64,000 nucleotides of DNA, from the IMG/VR virus record IMGVR_UViG_3300031784_000006. One strand, written 5' to 3'. Source of the DNA: a virus. Taxonomy: Duplodnaviria > Caudoviricetes. Below the pieces are notes generated by a model. It was not told the DNA's origin. It saw only the letters and a program-made list of their open reading frames with translations, and did no database searches. Below, piece by piece: positions 46,246 to 55,476 of the stretch. The position numbers were made by a program, and so were the translations under genes. Numbering within the stretch: the stretch's first letter is position 1; each line of letters opens with the position of its first letter.

Positions 46246-49032
46246 TTATCCTCTGACTAAACTTTGCATATTACTACTATTTACACTACCCGCAACCATA
46301 AATGTAGTTGTTGAACTAGAAGTTTTTGATACTGGAATTGGAACAGTCTCTTTAATAATAATTGGTTGAATCATAACTTTTGTGCTACCGTCAGCATATG
46401 ATGGATATGATGTAAGAGACACTGCTTTATTCTTTGGATTTTGTTTTGGAATATAACCACCACCCTGATAACGAAGTTCAACATCAGTAATATCTTGGCC
46501 CCCCAAAGCATCTCTTGATGCTTTGTTTAAATCAATAACTCTAGTTGGATGTGGTCTTAAAGGATAAATTGCCTTTCCATTTCTATCAACTGCATATGGA
46601 CCCCTATCATTAATTCTAACTTGAATACTCTTACCATTTGATTTATTAGTAACAGTAACCATAGTACCAAAAGGTAACGTTGGGTGTGCTGCAGTATATT
46701 CAGTATCACCTTCACGAAATTTTTCACCATTCGCAGTTCTATTTCCATAAAAACCTGGACCATACCAAGATGCTTTACCAGTTTGTCTTACTGGTTTATC
46801 TGTACCGGGTCTATCAAACAATGAAGGAAGTTGTCCAGGTTTTGTTTTTATTGGTTGAACTTTATCAATACCCAATACACTTCTCACTTTAGCAGAACCA
46901 TTATATTGTGCTTGTGTTATAGGAGAACCCGGCGCTCCTCCCCATTGACCGCCAGGAACATCAATTGCTTGATTCGAACCGTGATATCCCGGATCACCAA
47001 TTCTATCAAGATATTCACTTCCTGTTTGAATACCTGCTGCCAATAAAGCCTTTTTTGCATTATCCTTATCCTTTGGAGTAGCAAAAGCAATATGATCGTG
47101 GTAATTAAATGGAGTTCCATGTCCATCATAATCATAGTTTGATGGATAATTTTTATCTCCAGTAATATATTCAATTGCATTGAAATATCCTGGAGAAGCA
47201 GGTTTCCATGAACCACTGTAATTTGTTTTGGGTGGAGGAGGTTCATAAGAAAACAATGAAGATGGAATATTTTTCCCCCCTCTGACCGAAACTTGTTTTT
47301 GAACTTCTCTAATAGCTTGATTGACCTTTTGTTTGATATTAGTTCCGATAATTTTTATTGGGTCTACACTAACACTTGGTTTAGATTCAAAAGTTCGTTT
47401 AACAGAACCACCAGAAGCCATCGTTGGAATTTGATTCTGTATTGAAGACACACCTTGATAACTTTTTGAAGAAATCGATCTAAATGTTTCAAATAAATTT
47501 TCAAGACCATAATTTATACTTTTAAGAGTTGCCTGAGTTATGTTTTGTCCAAGGGCAACATCAACCGAACTTCCCATCAAAGATCCAATACCGTATGGTA
47601 TATCTTTTAAGATTGAAGCTACTTCAGTAAGTGCTTTATATGGGTTTGGTTTATCTTTTTTCTTTTCCCATTCTTCTTCATATTGTTGATATGTTCCAGC
47701 ACCTCCAGCAAGATTCCATTCAGCTACTGATAATTTTCTTGATGGGTCGGGATATAACTTTTGAATTTTTTTCTTTCCACCAACATCTTTTCCCGGTTGA
47801 GTTGATTGTGGAGGAACATATGGTTTTTTAAATTTTTTAGTTGTTATAGTTCTTCCACCAGAACCCAAGACCTCACCACCTTTTGCATAACGTCGGATAA
47901 CTTTTCCACCACGACGTTGAGTTTGAACTGATGCCTCTGGACTTTTATTTGCAAAAAGAACATCATATAATTTTCCAGCAAGTTCTGCACCAGCATATCC
48001 ACCAATAAAAGTTCCAAACCCAGGCATAATTAAAGAACCAACAGCGCCGAGGAGTAAAGTTCCAACTCCTCTAAATGCTGCCTTACCTGGATTATCTCCA
48101 AGAGCCCAAGAAAGACCAAACTCAACAAGTGCTCCCACAATAGGTAACCTTGATAAAGGTCCTTTCGCAAGTCTTAATAATTGACGTGTTGCTTGCTTTC
48201 CTATAACTGCTCTAGATGCCTTTATTGTAGACGCTTGTGCAGGCCTAACTACTCTTTGTATTGGACCTCTCTGCGGAACTGGTCCTCTAGGAGTTCCTTG
48301 TGGGGTTGGTTTTGGTGGTTTATATTTTCTTGCATTATTTGCAAAGGTATTGATAGCACCTGTGAGTGCCATTCCTCCAATTAGAACATAGTTAATATAC
48401 TCATTCAACTTTCCAGATATTTTATCAAATTCACCCTGAGCCTTTTCGCCGCCAACCGTTTTTACAAGACCTTGTATCTTATCGTAAGTTTGATATCCAC
48501 GGTCTATAAAGTTTACGACACTCTCTAAAATAAATTTAAATACATTTTCAACAACACTTACTATTGGAGTAATAATTTTAACAATTCCGGTCAACTTAGG
48601 AAGTTGTTCTCGAAACTTGGTAAACAACCATCCAAGAGCAGTAAAGAATAAGAATCTCTTAATTCTATCTAAGAAACTCATTCCAGGAAGAGAAACCTTT
48701 GGGAGATTAAACTTCTTAGATTCCTTAGGAGTTTCTAATTTTGTTTCCCTCTGTTCGTTTTCTTCTTGTTCTTTTCCAATTCTCTTTGCTCTTTCTGTTT
48801 TTTGGTCTTCAGTTAATACAGATTTTAAAAGACCATCAATATCAATTAAAGATTTTTTTATAATACTTACATTCTCTTCACTACGTCTAATTGATAGAGC
48901 AGTTAATTTTTTAGTATCAATAGTCTTCTTATTAATTGCAAGAGATGATGAAACTGCCTTTGCCCCAATTTTTGCAATTGCGGATGTCTTTGCTGCAGGT
49001 AATAACTTCTGAACGTTAATAGCCATCGTCAA
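46246..49032 (-). CDS. Tape-measure-like protein with M15-like peptidase and RlpA-like domains
   Basis: 928 aa; coiled coil, hydrophobic Gly-rich helices, xxGG linkers; GKASWYGPGF...TAAHPTLPFGT..VTN...VRINDRGPY...VIDL RlpA motif. Confidence 0.7.
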   Translation of the reverse strand: MTMAINVQKLLPAAKTSAIAKIGAKAVSSSLAINKKTIDTKKLTALSIRRSEENVSIIKKSLIDIDGLLKSVLTEDQKTERAKRIGKEQEENEQRETKLETPKESKKFNLPKVSLPGMSFLDRIKRFLFFTALGWLFTKFREQLPKLTGIVKIITPIVSVVENVFKFILESVVNFIDRGYQTYDKIQGLVKTVGGEKAQGEFDKISGKLNEYINYVLIGGMALTGAINTFANNARKYKPPKPTPQGTPRGPVPQRGPIQRVVRPAQASTIKASRAVIGKQATRQLLRLAKGPLSRLPIVGALVEFGLSWALGDNPGKAAFRGVGTLLLGAVGSLIMPGFGTFIGGYAGAELAGKLYDVLFANKSPEASVQTQRRGGKVIRRYAKGGEVLGSGGRTITTKKFKKPYVPPQSTQPGKDVGGKKKIQKLYPDPSRKLSVAEWNLAGGAGTYQQYEEEWEKKKDKPNPYKALTEVASILKDIPYGIGSLMGSSVDVALGQNITQATLKSINYGLENLFETFRSISSKSYQGVSSIQNQIPTMASGGSVKRTFESKPSVSVDPIKIIGTNIKQKVNQAIREVQKQVSVRGGKNIPSSLFSYEPPPPKTNYSGSWKPASPGYFNAIEYITGDKNYPSNYDYDGHGTPFNYHDHIAFATPKDKDNAKKALLAAGIQTGSEYLDRIGDPGYHGSNQAIDVPGGQWGGAPGSPITQAQYNGSAKVRSVLGIDKVQPIKTKPGQLPSLFDRPGTDKPVRQTGKASWYGPGFYGNRTANGEKFREGDTEYTAAHPTLPFGTMVTVTNKSNGKSIQVRINDRGPYAVDRNGKAIYPLRPHPTRVIDLNKASRDALGGQDITDVELRYQGGGYIPKQNPKNKAVSLTSYPSYADGSTKVMIQPIIIKETVPIPVSKTSSSTTTFMVAGSVNSSNMQSLVRG

Positions 49033-51341
49033 GCAATCCCGTAAATACTAGCATTAGTAGACCTATCAAAACTTCCACTAGAAGAAGTTGCTGAGAATGT
49101 TGGAACTTTAGAACCTGCAGCAGCACTACCACCACCTTTCATTCCAGACGATTGTACTATTGGTGGTAGAGTTACAACATTTTGAGAACCATCTCTTGTC
49201 AATGGTTTTATTTGAGGAATATTTTTGGTTCGATATCCAAGTTTAGCTGCGTTCGAATCACTGTCAGTCATTGCAACTAATTTATCAATGAGAGAAGTTC
49301 CAAGACGATTTACTGTATTAACTGGAAGAACATACTCCCCAGGTTGAGCAAAAACAACTTGCCTATCTGCTGTTGCTCCACGAATATCCATTCCAGTATT
49401 CTCTTTAATCAGTCCACCACCCATACGCTGCACAGGTCTAGGACCCTTATAACCAGGAGCATTATAATATGCATTCGGTCCTGTCAATTGACTATATGAA
49501 GAAGTCCCTTCTGGGAATAGCATATCACTGATGACAGGAGCATTTAAAGCACCAACAAACCTACCACCAAGTCTGGCAGTTCCAGTGGCAAATGAACGAG
49601 CCATGGATGGTGTTTGTTGGGTTAATAATGGCATCAAAGATCTTGCTTTAGCACCAGTATATTTGCCACTCATGATACCTTCAGCAATTCTTAATCCCCT
49701 ATTTGCTTGACGCGCAGAAACAACTGTGGCACCTCTTAATGTTCTTGCCCCCTCAGGAACTAACATATTTAATCTGGGTCCTTGGCCAGGTAAAAGACCT
49801 TTAAATTTGCCGGCACCTCTATAAGTATCAGCAACCCAACCCTTTACACTACCATAAACTCCTTTACCAAGCATTCCCATTTGTTCTCTAAAACCGGTAG
49901 CACGAATAGATTCTGGTGCTCCGAATGATGTCCCATGCATAATTCTTTTAAGAGGAGCACCACGGAGACCTTTAGTTGTAGATTTTCTTCCAGATACTGG
50001 TGCTACTGCGTTAATAATTCTTTCGATTGGAGTTGCCAATCTTGTAACAACTCCACCAACCATTCCTCCAGTATTAAATAATCTACCAAATTTAGGTTGA
50101 TTAGCCCCAGAACCACCATAATACTTGTTTAAAGTTAAAAATGTATCTGCACCAACTGCATCTACAGTTCTCTTATTAATAACAACTTCGCCAGGTTGTG
50201 CGGCAATTAATTGCGTATCAGGACCAAATCCAGATATTCGTTGTCCTGTAGTATTGTCTATACCAGAATATCCATCAAGCACAGAACCACCACGAGCAGC
50301 ACCTTGAAGAAGACCATATGGTGTTGTTGCTCCCATATTACCAACACTAGGAACCTTATCGGTCATAGTATCAGTTCCTTGAGTGCCTAGACCCTTTCCA
50401 GTCTGTGCTCTTGCTTTATTCTCTGCTTGAACTCCTGCTGCCTTTCTTTGACCAGTGACTTCATTTGCAGCTGCTGCTAATCCAACCGCTGCGGCAGGAA
50501 CGGCAACCCAAGGATTAAGTAAAACTTTACTGAGACCTTTTATTGCACCAGCAATCTTAGGTATTGCACCAACTAGTTTGCCAGTTAAACCACCAACAAT
50601 TCCAAGTATTCCTCTTACAAATTTACCAAAGGGCGTGAAAAATAAAACAAAAGCACCAAGTAAAGATGGCCACCAATCCTTTAAAAATCTTTTTAGTGTC
50701 TTAATTTTATTTTGATTCTTTGGATCCTTAAACCAATTTACAAGTTGATTAAATGCCCTACCTAACAAAGTAAAGAAAATAAATCGGAATACTCTATCAA
50801 TGATACCCTGAAATGGAGAAATAAATTTCTTTGCGGCATCAGATACCGCTGCCATCCCTTTCTTAACAGTTTCTAACCCTTCCTCTCTTTTGGACCTCTT
50901 CTTCGCTTCATTATCTTTTCTTTCTTGGTCTGCAGTATCTTCTTTAAAATCTAAAAATGAAATTAATACTTTCTTAATAGAATCAAGAGGACCTTGAAGT
51001 GTTGCTAAATTTGCAGGTTGAATTTGTGAGGATTGAATACCACCTGCGGGTGCAATTAAAGGGGTTGATATTGGTTGTACTGATGGTTTTAAAAACTTAG
51101 TTGTTGCTATCTTATTTGCATTTATCTTTTGAGTCTTTGGTTTAAATCTACCCTTCTTTCCTCTTATTCTTTTTCTTTCATTTGCAAGCAGAGCAAGTTC
51201 TTCTGGTGGCAATTTTCTTGCACCAGAGACCATTGCTTCTCTAATAAGATTGAGATAAGTATCATAATCCAAGTCAAACGTATAATCAAGACCCAGTAGC
51301 CTTAAAATTCTTTCATCGATTTTTTCGGATACTGAGTTCAT
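49029..51341 (-). CDS. Tape-measure-like protein with an internal ADP-ribosyltransferase-like motif
   Basis: 770 aa; N-half architecture similar to the neighbour; two AQPGE(V/Y)V domains; HGTS...SI...GF...GMLGKGVY...A..Y. Confidence 0.6.
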   Translation of the reverse strand: MNSVSEKIDERILRLLGLDYTFDLDYDTYLNLIREAMVSGARKLPPEELALLANERKRIRGKKGRFKPKTQKINANKIATTKFLKPSVQPISTPLIAPAGGIQSSQIQPANLATLQGPLDSIKKVLISFLDFKEDTADQERKDNEAKKRSKREEGLETVKKGMAAVSDAAKKFISPFQGIIDRVFRFIFFTLLGRAFNQLVNWFKDPKNQNKIKTLKRFLKDWWPSLLGAFVLFFTPFGKFVRGILGIVGGLTGKLVGAIPKIAGAIKGLSKVLLNPWVAVPAAAVGLAAAANEVTGQRKAAGVQAENKARAQTGKGLGTQGTDTMTDKVPSVGNMGATTPYGLLQGAARGGSVLDGYSGIDNTTGQRISGFGPDTQLIAAQPGEVVINKRTVDAVGADTFLTLNKYYGGSGANQPKFGRLFNTGGMVGGVVTRLATPIERIINAVAPVSGRKSTTKGLRGAPLKRIMHGTSFGAPESIRATGFREQMGMLGKGVYGSVKGWVADTYRGAGKFKGLLPGQGPRLNMLVPEGARTLRGATVVSARQANRGLRIAEGIMSGKYTGAKARSLMPLLTQQTPSMARSFATGTARLGGRFVGALNAPVISDMLFPEGTSSYSQLTGPNAYYNAPGYKGPRPVQRMGGGLIKENTGMDIRGATADRQVVFAQPGEYVLPVNTVNRLGTSLIDKLVAMTDSDSNAAKLGYRTKNIPQIKPLTRDGSQNVVTLPPIVQSSGMKGGGSAAAGSKVPTFSATSSSGSFDRSTNASIYGIA

Positions 51342-51347
51342 TTATCG

Positions 51348-51518
51348 CTATCGTTGTCTTTGTTTAAATTCTTCTTCTTCGAGATGATTCTTTAATAGTC
51401 CAACATAAACGTCCCTTTCCCAGGGTATCATATTTTCAATCTCCGTTAATGAATATTTATGGAACTGGACAAGAGAAAAATTTAATTTAAAATAATTCTC
51501 CAAGTCCATATGGGACAT
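51348..51518 (-). CDS. gp51: Baseplate hub assembly catalyst gp51 (not in ORF track)
   Basis: Manual translation MSHMDLENYFKLNFSLVQFHKYSLTEIENMIPWERDVYVGLLKNHLEEEEFKQRQR. Confidence 0.85.
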   Translation of the reverse strand: MSHMDLENYFKLNFSLVQFHKYSLTEIENMIPWERDVYVGLLKNHLEEEEFKQRQR

Positions 51519-51520
51519 TC

Positions 51521-52240
51521 CTATGAGAAAAAACTTGATAACCCTTCAAGAACAACATCATTTTCGACTTGAGTGTTTGGATTTGTAACTTTAATCTTAT
51601 GAGAAAGTTTTGGCATTGTCTCAAAGAACTGTTCAATCTCTTTAAATTGAACTGAGTTCATTTGATCCAAAAACTCCAACAGTTCTTTCTTAGTAACGTC
51701 AGCAGCTACCCATACATCATCTTCTGTATAAATTTTATCAATACAAGAAGATATTAGTTCGAAAGACTGGTCCATAGTATTATCAGAGGACAAGTCAAAA
51801 TTACTCTTAATAAATTGGTCCAATGATGGATACTTCATTTCCATCATAATAGAATCATCAAGTTTTATTTTATTATTATGTTCGGGAACTCTTAAAACTT
51901 GAATATCATCTACAGAAATTTTTACAGGAACTACAGTCTCTTCATCATCAGGACAAATAACATTTACTTCAATCTCTTCCCCGACAGATTTACCTCGGAT
52001 GTTGAGAAAGAGATATTCAATGTCAAAGGTTGGAAGAGACTCTACTTTGACATTTTTTGTTTCAATACAATTCTTAATAACAGTTTTAATTGCCGTAGTA
52101 ATTTGCTTGGTATCTTCAGACTCTAAAGCAAGAACTAAAAGTTTTTCTTCTCTTACAAGAAAAGGTCTATACTTAATTTTTTGTCCTGTGGATGGCAACT
52201 CAAGTTCATAAGTTGGCGTAGAAATCTTAGGTAAAGGCAT
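51521..52240 (-). CDS. gp26: Baseplate hub subunit gp26
   Basis: MPLPKISTPTYELELPSTGQKIKYRPFLVREEKLL...FDIEYLFLNIRGKSVGE. Confidence 0.9.
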   Translation of the reverse strand: MPLPKISTPTYELELPSTGQKIKYRPFLVREEKLLVLALESEDTKQITTAIKTVIKNCIETKNVKVESLPTFDIEYLFLNIRGKSVGEEIEVNVICPDDEETVVPVKISVDDIQVLRVPEHNNKIKLDDSIMMEMKYPSLDQFIKSNFDLSSDNTMDQSFELISSCIDKIYTEDDVWVAADVTKKELLEFLDQMNSVQFKEIEQFFETMPKLSHKIKVTNPNTQVENDVVLEGLSSFFS

Positions 52241-52267
52241 AATGTCCTATAGAAGTTTCAGTGTGAT

Positions 52268-52275
52268 TATTTATT
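52268..52275 (-). promoter_or_regulatory. T4-type late promoter (AATAAATA)
   Basis: Overlaps the tandem stop of the upstream gene, 27 nt before gp26. Confidence 0.55.
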
Positions 52276-53188
52276 AGGCTACTGTTGGGTTCAAGTTTCC
52301 TGTTAAACCAGGAATTCCGGGTCCTAAAGGAAAAGAATTTCCATCCACATCTCCAAAAACAGGGGAATTTTGATTTATTGACCTAACATCTGATGGAGAA
52401 GGAACACCAGTTGCGGTAGATTGTTTTGGTTCAGATTCTGGAGTATATGCTCTTGACGCAAGAGTATATCTATTAAAAGTAAAGGACACAGTACATTTCA
52501 ATAACTGAGCGGAATCATAAGAAACTGGCATTGAGGCAACGCTTACTGGATAAGCCTTAACGAAGGTATAATTTAAATAATTTCCATTGAAATCCCTTTC
52601 AAACTTATTAATAAAAATTTCAGTTCTATATCCATTATCTCCATCAGGATATCCAACTCTATAATTATAATTTCCATCTGGTGCAGTAGAAGTTTCTCCC
52701 ATTGCATATCTCATCCACCCCTCAAAAAAATTAATCACATTATATCCACTATTCAATACTCCACCATCAACATAAAAAGTAAAATCTACAGTATTATCAT
52801 ATTGCCTACGATATCCTAGTCTTTCAGTGACTCCAGTATAATCATCATTAATTTCATTTGTAATGATAGATGACCCGGGAAGAGATGCTTCGGTACAAGA
52901 TATTGAAATAAAATCATCATTATAATTTGTCACCGCCCTAACAGATGCTGGTGGATTAAACCAACACTGAAAGTGAGATGTTAATGCAGGTCTCAGTAAA
53001 AAAGATTTTATTTCAAAAGCACCTTTATAATTTCTTGGTGGTGGAGCTCCACCAGGATTTGATGAAGTAGCACTACCAGTTCCAGGACTTTTTCCTGTAC
53101 CAGAAGTTTGAATGCTGGGAGTTGGAACTGCAGGAACTCCAGGAGCTGGTTGGGGATTAAATGGAATTACCTCTAATGGAGTTGCCAT
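52274..53188 (-). CDS. Tail-tube-fold protein (gp54/gp19-like)
   Basis: CTEASLPG...YDNTVDFTFYVD...FFEGW...AYPVSVASMPVSYD...CTVSFTF; Pro-rich termini. Confidence 0.65.
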   Translation of the reverse strand: MATPLEVIPFNPQPAPGVPAVPTPSIQTSGTGKSPGTGSATSSNPGGAPPPRNYKGAFEIKSFLLRPALTSHFQCWFNPPASVRAVTNYNDDFISISCTEASLPGSSIITNEINDDYTGVTERLGYRRQYDNTVDFTFYVDGGVLNSGYNVINFFEGWMRYAMGETSTAPDGNYNYRVGYPDGDNGYRTEIFINKFERDFNGNYLNYTFVKAYPVSVASMPVSYDSAQLLKCTVSFTFNRYTLASRAYTPESEPKQSTATGVPSPSDVRSINQNSPVFGDVDGNSFPLGPGIPGLTGNLNPTVA

Positions 53189-53189
53189 T

Positions 53190-53197
53190 TATAAATA
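53190..53197 (+). promoter_or_regulatory. T4 late promoter (TATAAATA)
   Basis: Exact consensus 30 nt upstream of gp4. Confidence 0.7.
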
Positions 53198-53227
53198 CTT
53201 TTACTGATATATTATGTATGATAGAAA

Positions 53228-53668
53228 ATGGCAGAGAGTATTAAAAGTATCTATAAACCATCCTATCCCGAAAAATATAAAGGAAATCCAAATAATATTA
53301 TATGCCGAAGTAGTTGGGAAAGAAAGTTTTGTTATTATTGCGACCACAATCCAAGTATAATTTCTTGGGCGTCTGAAGAGTTTTGTATTAGTTATGTTTC
53401 TCCCGTAGACGGTAAAGTGCATCGATACTTTCCAGATTACCTCATCAAAGTTCAAGAATCTTCTGGAAAGATTAAAACTTATGTAATAGAAGTTAAACCA
53501 AAGAAACAAACTGTTCCACCAAAACAAAGATCTAGAGTAACAAAATCATACCTGTATGAATGCAAAACATATGCAGTGAATCAGGCAAAGTGGAAAGCGG
53601 CAAAAGAATGGTGCGCTGATAGAATGTTAGAGTTTAAACTCATTACCGAAGAGGAGTTATTTAACTGA
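53228..53668 (+). CDS. gp4: Head completion nuclease gp4
   Basis: YKPSYPEKYKGNPNNIICRSSWE...WASEE...YFPD...IEVKPKKQT...NQAKW. Confidence 0.92.
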   Translation: MAESIKSIYKPSYPEKYKGNPNNIICRSSWERKFCYYCDHNPSIISWASEEFCISYVSPVDGKVHRYFPDYLIKVQESSGKIKTYVIEVKPKKQTVPPKQRSRVTKSYLYECKTYAVNQAKWKAAKEWCADRMLEFKLITEEELFN

Positions 53669-54054
53669 TGGCAAAAGGTTTCGGACAGTATGCTAATGTT
53701 CCTCCAAGAATGAGAGAACTTAAAAAGAAAATATCAGATGCTGGAACCAATGACCCCGAAGATTTGATGATAATTATTATGGACACATTGAAAGAAGAGG
53801 TATTATATCCGGAACCAGGAAAATTTTATACATTTCTTTACTCACCAAAAACCCCAGATATTGAATACGATCAACACCCTTTGATTGCCTGCACCTCTTT
53901 AGAAAGATGGGGATTTAAAGGAATAAATTTTCATTGGAGACAAAGTAGACAATATACTTGGGAAGAAGTTTTAGGAAAACTTCATGTCGTAAGGTACGAT
54001 GAACTTGACGAAATGATGTCCATACCTTATGCAAAATTCCGTCTAAATAAATAA
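53668..54054 (+). CDS. gp2-like DNA end protector (short form)
   Basis: PGKFYTFLYSPKT...YDQHPLI...GFKGINFHW; follows gp4. Confidence 0.55.
   Translation: MAKGFGQYANVPPRMRELKKKISDAGTNDPEDLMIIIMDTLKEEVLYPEPGKFYTFLYSPKTPDIEYDQHPLIACTSLERWGFKGINFHWRQSRQYTWEEVLGKLHVVRYDELDEMMSIPYAKFRLNK
54042..54049 (+). promoter_or_regulatory. T4-type late promoter (TCTAAATA)
   Basis: In the last codons of the gp2-like gene, upstream of gp48. Confidence 0.5.
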
Positions 54055-54069
54055 AACCCTTCCTCATAA

Positions 54070-54132
54070 ATGTCTCATACTCTACAAAAAATTGAGATGA
54101 TTTTTCCCATATTTAACTGGGAGGAAGTTTAA
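54070..54132 (+). CDS. Candidate 20-aa leader peptide coupled to gp48
   Basis: MSHTLQKIEMIFPIFNWEEV*, TAATG overlap with the gp48 start. Confidence 0.35.
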   Translation: MSHTLQKIEMIFPIFNWEEV

Positions 54133-55475
54133 TGGCGAATCAAACATCTTTCAACTATGGTATGAACTTGGGTGGGAAAACACTGCCAGGAAAAATACTC
54201 ATAGATTATGATAATGGAAATGCAGAATGGTTTAGATTAGGCACATCATATCCAACTTTTAGTTCATCAAAAGATACAGGTGGTTCTGGAAAGTGGGGAT
54301 GGACGCCTTCGGCAAGCGATTCCATTTCAAATTTAAGAAGAGACTTGCCTGTAGGGTTAGACTACAACTCAGATGACGCTTTAATAAAAGATTTTTATAC
54401 TGGCGATTCAATACCAGGATTAAACAATCAAAGAGCATATGCATTCAATAAAAATGCTCCACAAACTGGAAGAAATTTGGGACTTCCGGGCGTAAGAGGA
54501 ACATCTTCAACTCCAGGAGTTCAACCTCAACAACCATCAGACCCAGTAACTCCAGGACAACAACCAGCAGCTACACCAACACCAGATGGGCCAAGTAGTT
54601 CTCCAACAACGGTAGGAGCAAAACCAAAAACAGATCAATCTGCAAACACCTCAGTTATTGCAACGTATCCCCTAGGAATGGATACTACGCAACAAGACAG
54701 AATTAAATTTACCGCATTGGAATATATTCCAAGTGGTAGTTTAAGTGGAGGAACTATTGCCATCCAAAACAGATCAAACCTCAGCGGTAAAAAACCATTA
54801 GGTCATGTATTTTTACCAATACAAGCTACGATTACAGATACAAACTCAGTAGATTGGCAAGGTTCTTCATTAAATGAAATAGACAGAAGTTTAGTAAATC
54901 TTTCTTCAAATGTGATGAATGCTAGTACCAAATCTGCTTTAGATACTGCTTTAGGTTCTGCAGGAACTAAAGCTATAGATAAAATAATCGGAAGCAGTAA
55001 CGAAATTAAAGTTGCCCTCGCCGGAGAAGCTGCTGGCGTTCAAAACTTATTGGGAAGATTTGGAACAATTTTAAACCCAAATTTAGAACTTCTATTTACT
55101 GGGCCCCAACTAAGACCTTTTGATTTTAGATTTCAATTGTCAGCAAGACAAAAAGATGAAGCAGACAATATCAAAAAAATAATAAACTTCTTTAAGAAGA
55201 ATATGGCAGCTCGAAAAGGTGACAATAGCATATTCTTACGTTCACCAAATACTTTTTTAATAGAATATAAGTATAAAGGTTCAGAGACAGAACATCCTGG
55301 AATAGGCAAAATCAAAGAATGCGCTCTTCTCAATTGTTCTGTGGATTATACACCACTAGGAACTTATATGACATATGATGATGGAACTATGGTTTCATAT
55401 GCTATAACATTATCATTTCAAGAATTGGAACCAATTTATGATGATGATTATACAGGTCACTCAATAGGTTACTAA
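54132..55475 (+). CDS. gp48: Baseplate tail tube cap gp48
   Basis: YPL...QDRIKF...VFLPI...LNPNLELLFTGPQLRPFDF...IKECALLNCSVDYTP...LSFQELEPIY. Confidence 0.88.
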   Translation: MANQTSFNYGMNLGGKTLPGKILIDYDNGNAEWFRLGTSYPTFSSSKDTGGSGKWGWTPSASDSISNLRRDLPVGLDYNSDDALIKDFYTGDSIPGLNNQRAYAFNKNAPQTGRNLGLPGVRGTSSTPGVQPQQPSDPVTPGQQPAATPTPDGPSSSPTTVGAKPKTDQSANTSVIATYPLGMDTTQQDRIKFTALEYIPSGSLSGGTIAIQNRSNLSGKKPLGHVFLPIQATITDTNSVDWQGSSLNEIDRSLVNLSSNVMNASTKSALDTALGSAGTKAIDKIIGSSNEIKVALAGEAAGVQNLLGRFGTILNPNLELLFTGPQLRPFDFRFQLSARQKDEADNIKKIINFFKKNMAARKGDNSIFLRSPNTFLIEYKYKGSETEHPGIGKIKECALLNCSVDYTPLGTYMTYDDGTMVSYAITLSFQELEPIYDDDYTGHSIGY

Positions 55476-55476
55476 T

